Assembly: GCA_025201805.1 (NCBI GenBank)
Contig: MU619238.1
Span: forward strand, 452,644 to 512,435
DNA from: Parasitella parasitica NRRL 2501
Lineage: Eukaryota > Fungi > Mucoromycota
DNA length: 59,792 bases
Direction: 5' to 3'
Shown piece by piece: positions 27,495-39,858 of this stretch. The position numbers were made by a program, and so were the translations under genes. Each line of letters opens with the position of its first letter. The first letter of the stretch is position 1. The notes beneath the pieces were generated by a model, which was not told where the DNA came from, made no database searches, and worked only from the letters and a program-made list of their open reading frames with translations.

Positions 27495-27959
27495 GTTGTT
27501 ATTGCTTATTGAAGTGAAAGAGATGCAATTTAGAAAGTCGAGGTGCTGAATAACAGTTTTTATGGAAAATTTACATTACATAGGTCATCAGCTATGGGTT
27601 AAAAATGGTGTGTCTAATTGAATGCTACGCCAAAGCAAAAAATGAACTAAAAGCTCGTTCTCAAACGAAAAATTTAGCAATGACGGAAAAGTTCTGCGCG
27701 AAAAATCACAATATCTATATGATCAGCAGATCCAATATTAGCTTTATTATGAGGATGTGTCCCATTATCAAGCTGACGATCTTTTCTTCATAGCCTAAAA
27801 CGGCGCTAAATATATAAATATAACATACAATGCATTATTACTGTCGAAAAAAACTGGCAAACGATTTCAAAAAGGACACTCACTTATTGTTCGAATTATC
27901 ATTGCTCAGTCCAGCCAAATCAATTTGATTTTGGTAGACGAGAGAAAGCCTCTCTTGAG

Positions 27960-29700
27960 TATTTGAAAATGTCTCTTCCCCTCCTTGTAATCTGTGTTGA
28001 TAATAACCCTCTTGTGATGGAATTGCAGTGGTCTTGGTATGTCGTACCCTGGTCCCATGTCACAATTTTATGCATGAATGGCAAAATCTTGGCTGATACG
28101 TTGTCGCATCTTTTCTGGCCATACAATACGCTGGTGGAGAGTGGTGACGAACGTTTAAGAGTGGCTAAACAGGATATTGTTGAGCAAAAAGAACAGTGGG
28201 AAAAGAAAGAGCAAAGAACAAGTTGGCAAGGATTTATTTAGAAAAAAGAAGGGATCAAAGGGGAAAGAAAAGCTTAATGAGAAAGATATACACAAAAGTA
28301 AACAAGTTTCTATGTAATCATCCCGCAGAAAACTTCTTATCTGTTTAATGGTTCTAAACTGAAGGCTTATGTAAACAAACTCAAAGGCAAGAATGAAGAC
28401 TTGTGCTTTTGTGTTAGCCTTCTTGATGTTTATGAAGCGCCAGCTAGTAAAGAAGAAAAGCAGAAAGCACTAGAAAAGTCTCACTTGCTTGGCCATTATG
28501 GTATACATGCGATGGAACAAGTTATCCATCAGGATTTGAATATGCATTGGAAGGGTTTGCGAGACGATATCACTAAATATATCGCTAATTGCCACAAATG
28601 CAGAAAGTTAAACCTAGGTAGGCATGTTTACCACCCACCAAAGCAAAAAAACGCCTGCAGGAGTTATGGATCATGTTGTATTTGATCTGGGTAGTTTCGA
28701 TTGCACTACTCCAAGAGGAAATAACTTTATTTTGGTGATGCTTGATCTGTTCTCAAGGTTTGTTGTATTGCGTGCTATTCCTGACAAGTCTGCTACGACT
28801 GTTGCAAAGGAATTAGTATCGATCTTTTTGTGCCTAGGCTATCCCAGGGTCGTAGGGCACGATCGAGGCGCAGAATTCCATAACAAACTGTTGGCAAAGA
28901 TTCTCCAGCATGCAGGTGTAGAGAACCGAACAAGTTTACCTTCCACACCACAAGGAAATTCGTGCTGTGAAGTAGCGGTAAAAAGAGCAAAGACAATTAT
29001 CATGAAGATATTGGAAGGTCGTAGTGAAGACTGGGATTTGTACATAGATGGCACAGCTTTGAGCTTAAATCTACACAGATCTAGACTGCATGGCATGGCA
29101 CCGTTTGTAGTCATGTCCAATAGACTACCCAGCGGATTTGAAGATTACAGTGGTGATAAGCCTGTACTTCATGAGAGAGAAATCGATGTTGAAGCTTTGC
29201 AAAAGAAGTTGGATCAAATCGATAGAATCATTGTCTCTGCGATCAGAGAACAGATAGGAAAGATGCAAAATAAGGATAGCGAGCACTTTAGAAAAAGCCT
29301 TAGAATTCTAGAGAGTGGCCCTTTTCTATTGGATCTATAGCGACGATCAAGAATATAGAGAACAAGAAGCGGGAGATTGATCCCAACTATGAGGGACCCT
29401 TCTATGTGCATGGCGTCACAAAAAAATAGATCCTATATTCTCACTGATAGAACCAATTTGTTTTTGGCACGAGAAGTACCCACATTGCAAATCAAGTTGA
29501 TTAGCACCAGTAATGGTAAAGAAGACGGTAATTCAGATGTGTATGTGATACAAGCAATCATCAATCATAGAGGTAGTCCTCCCAACTATGAATACTTGGT
29601 GTGATGAAAAGATTTCAACGAAGATTGGAATTCTTGGGAGTTTGCATCAATGTTTGATGACCCTGATATTATTAAGCAGTATTGGGTTAATGAAAAGGGA
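27960..29700 (+). mobile_element. Degenerate Ty3/Gypsy (chromovirus-type) pol remnant: RNase H end, integrase, chromodomain
   Basis: ILADTLSHL (RNase H end), HHCC SHLLGHYG...CHKC, integrase core VFDL...DLFSRF...HDRGAEF...CCE, chromodomain IQAIINHRG...YEYLV*...NSWE...IIKQYW. Frameshifts and stops present; no LTRs seen. Confidence 0.9.
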
Positions 29701-30793
29701 AAAAAAGGCCCTAACTCAATCCATACAAGAAAGATTGCTTCACAAGGAACCAAGCGTAAACAAGCGAAATCAATAGCACAAAATGAGTTGTGAATGTTTG
29801 GTACGGTTATATCTCTTCTAGATAGCCATTAACTTTCCCACTGGGTTCTTAGGATGTCAAGAGGTTTTTAATAGTTATCTTTGAAAAACACTGCTCATAG
29901 AAGCAAAATTAAGCACCCAAGTGCAATGCTCTTGGACAAATCCATGGTTTATTCCAATATACCAGCCGCAGACAAGGAAAGTATTTTTCACTACATTGCA
30001 TTGATTTGACTGTATTTAATGTATATCTTGGACAGAACGTTCAGAAGAGCAGCGACATTTCATAATAGATGAGATGGTAAATGATTGGCTTTAAGAAATA
30101 CTGTGCTTCTCTTAACTACATGAAAACATATGCCACAGGTAAAAGAGCATCTCGCTAAGTAAAATCAATGTATACCCTATGTTGGTGCTAACAAGAAAAG
30201 TAGCTGTGTTACACTCAAGATGTGTCCCTTGTGGTCCCTCATTGTCTTTAAATGCGGTATTGCGGAAAATTCCACCATAATACAGCAATTTCAGCAGCAT
30301 AGCCAGCTTTAAGGGGCTACTACAGCATTTAAGTTAAGGATAGTTATCATTTTCTATAAAACAAGGTATCTCGAGACCATTTGCTCTTCTATTTAAAAGA
30401 TTGCTCACGATTTTGCACTGTAGATGTTAAAGTTATATTATAAAATGTGAGACTTGTTTTAAAGTAGAAGAGTAACTTTCTCCAATATTGCTGTATCTCT
30501 TGCGGTATCCAGTGATCCTACATTTCAAAAGCTGTAACAGTTGCTGTTAAACACGTTATATAAACGTCAATTGACGTCTCTGTCAACTCGCTATCGACAT
30601 GTTTTTTTTCTATTACACGTTGTACCTAGAAAACACTCAAGCTATAGTGGCTTGGTTGCCTAAAGAAGTTCATGACTCATTTCTTTCAATTTTTTTTAAT
30701 ATAAATGTAAGCACCACAACCGTATTTCCCTCTGTCTCTACTATACTTTTTTCTTTTTTTTTTTCCATTATACAGGCTTATTCTTCATTAAAT

Positions 30794-33039
30794 ATGAGTT
30801 TGACAGTTGACGCCAAGAACATTACTGTTGGCATTTTAGCTATTATTGCCAGCCATCCGGAACTGAAGAAATCTGTCAATGTCCAAGTTGGCTCTGCGTT
30901 CTCCTTCAAAGACAACAACGTCGAATTAAGCACCGTCCCCAATACTGTTCGTTATCTAATTCGTGCCCACAACCTTTTAGACGAAGGCAATGCTGATAAT
31001 CAAGCCGCTGCTCACATGTTGGATCTGGCCCTCGTTTCCAATGTCGCTGCATTGAAGGCTCGCATTGCTTCAAAAACGACCACCTTCTTGACTGGCGATG
31101 CACCTACCATTGCTGATTTTGGCGCTTGGTGCGTTTTGAGATCCGAAGGTCAAACTGATTACGTAAAGGCTGTTGAAGCTACCGCTCCTGCCCAAGAAGC
31201 CATCAAATGGGAAGCTGAATTAGCTGCCAATGCCCCCAAGGAGTCCCTTACCATTCCCGATGTGCCTGGAACTGGCTCCGATCCTTCAACCAATCCTATG
31301 GATATCTTTAGAAACTTGATCACCGTTCAAATTGCTGCTCTCGGTAATCTCGATCCTGTTGAGGTCTATAAAGCTATCGATAATCCTCGTTCTCTCGAGA
31401 ATGGCGATCTGGCCATCGCTTTGCCTCGTCTTCGCCCAAAGGGCAACCCTGTTGCCGTTGCCAAGGAATGGGCTGCTTCCTTTGTGACTAATGAATATAT
31501 TACTGAAGTTTCTGCCACTGGACCTTTCTTGAACTTCCGCATTAACAAGACTGCCTTGATCAAGTCGACCTTGAGCCAGGTTTCGTGCAAGAACGAAAAA
31601 TACGGCCATAACACTGCTGGTGAAGGAAAGACCGTTATTGTTGAATTCTCGTCTCCCAACATTGCCAAGCCTTTCCACGCTGGCCATCTGCGCTCCACCA
31701 TCATTGGTGCCTTTATTCGCAACATTTATGAAGCGAATGGCTGGAAGACTATTTCCATGAACTATTTGGGCGATTGGGGCAAGCAATATGGTAAACATAG
31801 TGAATTCAGTGAGTGATGTACAATGCTAATTCGATGGAACTAGGTCTCCTGGCTGTTGGTTTTGCCAAGTACGGTTCAGAAGAAGAGCTCAATAATGATC
31901 CTATCAAACATCTATACAACGTCTATGTCAGTATCAACAAGGATGCTGAAGAGGATGCAACTATTCACGATCAAGCCCGTTCTTATTTCAGAAAGATGGA
32001 GGATGGCGACGAAAACGCCCTTGCTTTATGGCGCCGTTTCAGAGATTTGTCCATTTTTAAATACAAGCAAATTTACGGTCGTCTCAACATCCACTTCGAT
32101 GTGTATTCGGGTGAGTCTCAAGTTGGAGAGCACATGACTAGGGCAATGAAATTGCTAGATGATTGCCAGTTGTTGGAAAAGTCTGAGGGAGCTTTGATTA
32201 TTGATATGGAAAAGTACAAGCTTGGCAAAACTGTTGTTCAAAAGAAGGATGGCACTACGCTTTACTTGACCCGTGATATTGGTGCTGCCATGAAGCGTTA
32301 CGAAGAGTTCAAGTTTGACAAGATGATTTACGTCGTTGCATCTCAACAGAATCTTCATTTGCAGCAGCTTTTCAAGACATTAGAAATGCTGAACCTGGAA
32401 TTTGCCGACAAGTTAGAACATGTAAACTTTGGCATGGTTCTGGGCATGTCTACTCGTAAGGGCACAGTTGTCTTTTTGGAGGATATTCTTGAAGAGGCCA
32501 AGAATACTATGCACGAGGTTATGAAAAAGAACGAGAAAAAATATGCTGAAATTGCCGACCCTGAGCAAGTTGCTGATGAAATTGGTATCTCTGCTGTCAA
32601 AATTCAAGACAACTCTGCCCGCCGTATCAAAGATTACAAGTTTGATATGGATCGCATGTGCTCCTTTGAAGGGGATACTGGGCCTTACATTCAGTATGCC
32701 CATGCTCGCCTTGCTTCCATTGAACGTAAGAGTGGTCTTGAGGTTAATCATGAGGCCGATTTGAGCTTGTTGACCGAGCCTGAAGCAATCGACGTTATTC
32801 GTACCGTTGCTCAATACCCTGATCTTGTCAAGACTTTGCTTAACGGTTACGAACCTTGCAATGTTGTTACCTATGCATTCAAGTTGTCTCATGATATCTC
32901 TGCTTGCTTTGAAAATCTGTGGGTCAGAGGTGCTGACCCTGCTGTTGCTGAGGCTCGTTTGCTCATGTACTGGGCTGCTCGTACTACTCTTGGTAACGCC
33001 ATGCGTATGTTGGGTTTGAGACCTTTGACCCGAATGTAA
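30794..33039 (+). CDS. Arginyl-tRNA synthetase with N-terminal GST-C-like extension, 2 exons
   Basis: EFSSPNIAKPFHAGHLRSTIIG (HIGH), NYLGDWGKQ, MSTRKG (KMSKS), GDTGPYIQYAHAR and a DALR anticodon-binding domain. Confidence 0.96.
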
Positions 33040-33244
33040 ATTCACTTTTTGCTTTTATTACATAATCGTTTTCATGTATTTTCTTTATTTCTATCCCGCA
33101 CATAACAATTGTCTTTATTAATTCTTCTTTGCGTTAAGCATGTTGTACAATAAAAAAAAAGAAAAAAAAAAAGAAAAGAGAGCATACATGTATTGTACTA
33201 CTTGTCATATGACAGAATTAAAGGAAATGCAGTGTTTGACGCAT

Positions 33245-35273
33245 CTAATCCACTTTAATACTAGCAAATATCTTTCTTAAAAAGTAAAGACATGATAAAT
33301 AACCAATGGAACCTGTTAAATGTCTCAGTATTATAATCTTAATGGACAGATGGTGGGTTTCTTCTTACCTGTCATAATAGACAATAACACACTAATCATA
33401 GACGAATAGCCAAAGTAGAGTACCGTGCTTGAAAATGTGTTGATATTTAGCTTTGTAAAGTAGTATAAGAAAGAGTAAATGTAAACATAGAAACCAGTAG
33501 CACCAGCAGTCAGAAATGATCGCCACGACCAGTGGTAGTCTTCACTGCATAAATGAAAATAGCACATCAAAACAGCAACCTGAGAACATGTCATGATCAA
33601 AACTCCAAACACCAAAAACAAGAAGCCAATACCATAGTAAATACGATGGAACCAAATCGAATTCATAACAAAGTACAGCTCAATAAAGATAGCACCGAAC
33701 GGCAAGATACCGCCCATCAAAATTGAGGGCAACGGTTGCATATACAGTGGTTGATCTGGGATTTGACGCGGAATTTGATTCACATGCACAGGGTTCTCAA
33801 TACGAGGTTGACGAAGGCCATAGTATGAGCCAGCAATGCTCAATGGAAAACTGATAATGAGCCAAAGACCAACCATAGCCATCATAGTACCGAAAGGAAC
33901 AGCACCGGCAGAATGATTGTACACCAAAAAAAAGTTGAGGCCCACTAAACCACCTAATAATGTACCGGGTAACAATGTAGCAGTTAATATTATGTTGAGC
34001 TTCCAGCTTTCACCGCCATTCATCTTGTAAATACGAGCAGAAGAGTAGCCAGATGTGCAGCTAAATACCATGAAAAACAACAGCATTACGGTGGACAAGG
34101 AGCCACGATTAGAGGGACTCAAGAAACCAAGAATAGCAAAGACTAAAGTTAAACCGGTCATTACCATCAACTGGATACCACTACCGGCTAACACAGACAA
34201 TAGCATGGGACGACTAGGAGGTCTAAAGACGTCTCCGTGCACTAATTTCCATCCATAATCGTCTTGAACAGATTCTTGATCAACAGCATTGTAGCGGCTA
34301 ATATCTTTATGTAATGCGCGTAGCAAGATCGTTGAAATCATACCTGTCAAGAATAGGACGATGATAATGGAGTTGATCAACGAGAACCAATGAATGGAAG
34401 GGTCCAAAACGTGCAAATAGCCATCCCATCTTGTAGCCCAAACAGTGTCAGAAGGCTATTTGTTTATATTTGATTAGTATACGTAGAGTGCTAAAAGATG
34501 TCCCTTATACTTGCAATCCATTTCACAGAATAAGTAAAAGTAATATTCGTTCGACCACCTGCATCCAAATGAAGACCGTCTCGACCAGAGCAGCTGCCAT
34601 CTTCGGCATATCTACTCGAGGGAACAACGGATACGCCAACAACACGAAATAAGCCTCTGGATGTAACATGGTAGTGAATAGTGAAATCAAAGTGGTTGTT
34701 TATGTATGGCACATTATTGATCACAGAACCCATTTTGAATCCAATAGTATAGTATTTTTCGTTCGTGCTCAGATCAATCTCCTCAGTGGCAGCAGGCAAT
34801 CCATCTACAGCCCAGTTGTGTGCGTAGCCTTGAATAATACGCTTGTTAATGAAGTCAACATCATTATCAGGAATGCTGCCCGTGGAGCACAGTTTTTTGC
34901 AGGTCTCGTCTACTTGCATTTTCAGCTATTTATAAAGTTTGCTTATTTTTATGAGCACACATTTGAAACAAGGAATGTCTATTTTTACCTCAAACGGAGA
35001 GTTGAAAATTCTATCGCCAAACAAGACAGAGCCGATACTTTCAGGTTGTTTTTGAGTACCATTTTTAGGTGTGCAAAAATGAAACTGTGGATTATAGTAA
35101 TCTATTGAAACAATAGATTCGACTTCCTGATTGCCAGTAGGTGTCAGAGAATTTACATTTAAGGCTACCAATTCTCCAGCTTTATAATCATGTGGAGCAA
35201 CTCCCGGTAAATAAAAAGCCTGCGTAAAGGAGGCAGCTATCAATGATAACAGAGCAACTGCTTTAAGTCTCAT
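33245..35273 (-). CDS. Transmembrane 9 superfamily / Emp70 protein, 4 exons
   Basis: Signal peptide plus FYLPGVAP, IHWFSLINS, GWKLVHGDVFRPP, GILPFGAIFIEL and C-terminal KVD (KxD/E). Confidence 0.95.
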
Positions 35274-35274
35274 G

Positions 35275-35277
<3 letters not shown>

Positions 35278-35323
<46 letters not shown>
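35278..35323. repeat. Poly(A)/poly(T) tract directly upstream of the Emp70 ATG
   Basis: About 46 A on the + strand, ending 4 nt from the start codon. Confidence 0.85.
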
Positions 35324-35324
<1 letters not shown>

Positions 35325-36778
35325 AAGAGCCAAAAATTATCTTGATTAAAACATGTGCAAGGTACAGAACTATCGAATCGGAGCACGCGGCCTAAACTTT
35401 TGGAAAGGTGGCCCAAAAAAGACACTGCGTTAGGATTCAGGAAAATATTATTAGAAAGAAACAAAACATAGATGGGATATTTTACTAAAGTAAGGTCATT
35501 GTAATAAAAATAGAATGTATTGGTACTACTATTTACCTTTATCTTAAAGTTATCCCCTTACTCACAGCTGTGTGATGAACTGACATCTGGTGAATGCGAG
35601 GGAAGCTTAAAATGCCATCAAAATACTTTCAAGACTAGATCCTGCAACAGCTTATCAAAGGTTTCTTATCAGGTACCCCACGTTCATCTGAAATTAAATT
35701 TGATAAGAGCATATTAGGATTTTGGAAAATTATCTGTTGTCAATTATCTTCAAAACAAATCGGTAATAATCGAACCATTTGCATCATTTACTCAAGAAAG
35801 AATGGCATAAATCTTGTGAGCTACCATGGACTAACTATTATTTGATGTAATTGGAGAAGCTCGCATTTTTTAGTAAACTGGTTCTTCGCACAAGTGAAAA
35901 AATTATCCATTCCAATGAATTGTACAAACAATTCTTTCGAAAGAACAACCTTGAAAACAAAAAAGAAAAGGTGTTGAAAGATAAGTTTCTGATAAAAAAG
36001 GCGTGTATATTGTAGCTATCATTAGAGTATTGTCCATAGTAATATAGTAGTTGGGTTTTTAGGCACAAACACATTGAAAAGAAGTAGTCTTTCAATCTCG
36101 TTTCTAGACACTCGCTTAGCAACGCCACTACAATTTAATAAGGAATGTATGGGCATCTAAAAGGGCAAGACTATTAGTCTGGGCTTTTTTGGATAAAAGG
36201 TTAATATTGTAATATAAGAAGAGCAATGCGATAAGAGAACAATGATCAAGTATATGCCAAATGTTGTTATTACAGGGATTCTGATCTATATTCAAATTTA
36301 AATAAAGCAGTTATTACCACACTTTTTAGGAATTTTACATACAGTAATGAGTTTGTACGGCGAAATACACAAGTAAAATGAATCGCTTGGAATGTTTTTA
36401 TTGTTACTAAATGAGCCTAATTTTACTACTATCTTACGGCATTATTTTTGTATCCAGGTCAAGTCTCACTAACCAACGGTAATAAAGCTAAAAACAGCAA
36501 AGTTAGACTCCCATTTATAAAAAAAACCAATTAGTTGGAATGTCACTATAAAAGTTTACATAAAACAATATGGATGACATAGTGGCAAGTTTTGTCCATT
36601 AGATAAACTATAATATACTTTTGAATCTCTTTGGAAGGTGTGTCATGGGAAAAATACATTCACTCACAAAACCATTATGATTTTTGTCTTGAAGTTGCTG
36701 ATAATAAAGATTCTTTAAATAACCTCAAATTAGAGTATATGAAAAATGTAGATATGTTTATTTGAAGATGCTTAAAAT

Positions 36779-37072
36779 TTAGTATCTGGTGTTGCCACTC
36801 TTGCATTTAAATGACTTCTTTACAGCGATAGGTGATACTTCCAACAAGTTTCTCAGCAAAGCTTACTTCAATTTTTTGTTCCACTCCTCGATCAATGCTT
36901 CTTCTAGTTCCTTCGTTTTTGATAGTCTATGTCTTCCACCCTCAAGCTTCTTCTCAAGGTATGACCACATATGTTTAATAGGATTCAAATTTAGACTTTG
37001 AGCGGGCCAAAAGTCAAATGAATGGACATCTTTCCAAGCTGTTGTAACCTTGCTCGTACGTGTTGGATACAA
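36779..37072 (-). mobile_element. Tc1/mariner (DDE_3) transposase C-terminal remnant
   Basis: WPAQSLNLNPIKHMW resembles the WPxxSPDLNPIE motif, followed by ELEEALIEEWN and a frameshifted terminal ...SGNTRY*. Confidence 0.82.
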
Positions 37073-38953
37073 AAAAAGATAAAACTAAAGGTTAACGAGA
37101 TACGAAAGCTTTAAGATACTTTTTTTAGGACCGAAACTGCTTCTGCTGTTTATACCTTAACAACTACATAAATTTATGGTGACTTATTTAGATTACTAAT
37201 TGACAAGGTCAATTTTCCAGTAACAATCTACTTGACAGGATACGATATATAGTTATACAAAAAGGGCTGTGCGTCTTTGATCTGACAGTGCCTTAACCTT
37301 TATCCTGGTGCTCAGATCTGTATTACTACAGGAATAACCTTCTTGATTTGATACAGAGACTTTATTCTCTAGTTTACACAAGAATATCACATCACATCAC
37401 ATCATTGAACAACCTTCAATCTTCAATCTTCAAATTGAAGTATATTGTCATGATCTCCTATCTATAATTATAGCAGATTATTATTACTTATAATGGCACT
37501 GTCTGGATGTCGTTCAACTGCAGGTATGATATCCCTTACAAGAAGAAAGTTGATTATCTAAAACAAATTTCATCAATAATTGGTCACTTATGTGTCGATA
37601 CCACATCATGAAATGAAATTCAAATACAAATGAGTGTTATACACAAATACGTCTGTAATAAAGTGCAGCAAAAGTTAATTGGCAGATTTATTTTACATTC
37701 ATTTTTGATATATAATAACAATAATAGTTTTATTTTCGCACACGGTATTTTTTTTTATAGCTACAGCCTGTTACCGAAAATCATAAATGTCAAAGGCTGA
37801 AACGTCCATACTAGTTAAAAAATCTTATGTTTCAAATTTTACATGCTTAAAGCCGACGAGTTTGATTTGGAAAAGGATATCAAAAATGATGTTGATCGAT
37901 ATTACTGTAAATAAATAAGAAAAGCAGCAGACATCTGTTAATAAAGATAGTAAAATGTCCGTAGACAATCTGTTAGATGTTGTGGTACATATACTGTATC
38001 CATTCGTGGTAAATACCTTTAATAACTCTCTATTTAATCCTGCATATTTACTCTATTAAATATGGAATTTAAACAGTTTTCTTTAATGAAAAAACTTTCC
38101 TACAAGAGCTAATGATTCACTGATGATAAATGCTTATTTTTTTTCCTAACCAAATGAAGCTTCACTTGCCTAGTTGTCTGTTATGAAATCAGATAGCTTT
38201 GTCTAACTATTCACAGATTCTGTAAATGCTGCAAATAGACCATCAGTAGTTGCCCGTTAGTCTAGTAGACTTAATTTAAAGGAGCTTCTTGGTGGAAACA
38301 GGAGTAGGTATATGAGATAGTTAATAAGTAATACTTTGAATTTTTTTTTTCTTCGAGAGAAATCTGCTGATGTGGTATTTGCATCCAGAATTTTTGTTCT
38401 TGAGACTATGAATTGCATGAGAAATTGACATGTCGAACAAACAAACTGTTTCAATCTAGAGGCAAAAGAAAAACACAATATGTAAACAGCACATGACAAA
38501 GATACAGTGCCATTCCTCCAACTCGATTACGCCTGTTTTGATTTCTCTCCAATATTTCACTGTGTAAAAAAAAACAGACACAAATGCTAATTGACTTTAT
38601 TTAATACAGCCACTCTATTCATTCCTTTTTACATAATCTTTCAAGTCTCTACCACAACGAAGAACTGTAAATTCACAAAGCAAGAGTCGTTTACTAGCTG
38701 AATCATGTGGCCAAGATCAAGTGACAGAAGAAGCGTCATGTGATGAGGGTAATCTTGATACTTGCTTCTCTTTTGCAGCATATAGGTTCGTTGACCCCCT
38801 TTTTTCTGATGCTCAAAAATTTTTTGGAGCTCACTTCATCAACACACAAAATAAAATAAAAAATAAAAAAGGGGTTTCCCTTGATTGCTTCTATTCCAAC
38901 TGATAACAGAAAATAGAGCCAGAAGTACGCTTTAGAGAATCATTTCCAACAAA

Positions 38954-39818
38954 ATGAATAATATCAACCCGCAAGAAATGTATCTAGAGTCGCCCACAAG
39001 CAAGCCAAACAGTCGCTCATCGTCAGTTCTGATAATGGATACAAACGAGGATACGACAACCGTAGAAAGCAAGAGAAGAAGATTGATTTCATCGTCATCT
39101 TCATCCTCGTCCTCGTCATCTTCTTTGAACGAACAACAGACAAGTGTAAGTTTATTATTAGTGTTTTAAGCAAGTTTTAAGCCTTTAAAGATCATTATCT
39201 AATTGTAGAGAAATCAGCAACTGACAGCCAATTTGACAGCGGCAACTTCATCTTTAACAGATCAACAGCAGCCTCTGTCTATGAATAATTTACATATTGG
39301 TGAAAAGTCAAGACAAGAACTTTTTTTTGAGCAAATGCGACTACGTGAAGAGAACAAAAAAAGAAGGAAGCAAGAAAGCACTACACAGCAAATGAGATTT
39401 GCCCAATATTTTCAGTTTAAACCATCTCCACCTCAAGAGAGTAAGCAACCTTCGCTATTTTCGCTATCTTCGTCTTCTCGAGTGGAAAATAAAGCATCTG
39501 CTCACCTCAAACTGGATAAACCGCGCCCAGTTTCAAATGCTAATACTCATTACGTTGCTCCTCCAAATGAATTACCTCTAGAAGAATCCGCTAGCACCGA
39601 TACATCTCCACAGCAACAAGCATCGGATAAAGCACAGCAGCAGCAATATGTATCCTTTCATGCACAACGACCTCCAATGAATATAATGCATAAGCCTCCG
39701 ATGTTACCTGCACCATCATCAGAATACAATAACCATCCTCCCATGGTCCCTCATCCAAGACCTGCCATGCAACCACTACATCCACCACTACATCTACCAC
39801 TGCATCCACCACCACAGC

Positions 39819-39858
<40 letters not shown>

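Noticed and set aside
32413-33045. Long antisense ORFs over ArgRS and other conserved genes
   Set aside because: Shadow ORFs expected from codon bias on the opposite strand.
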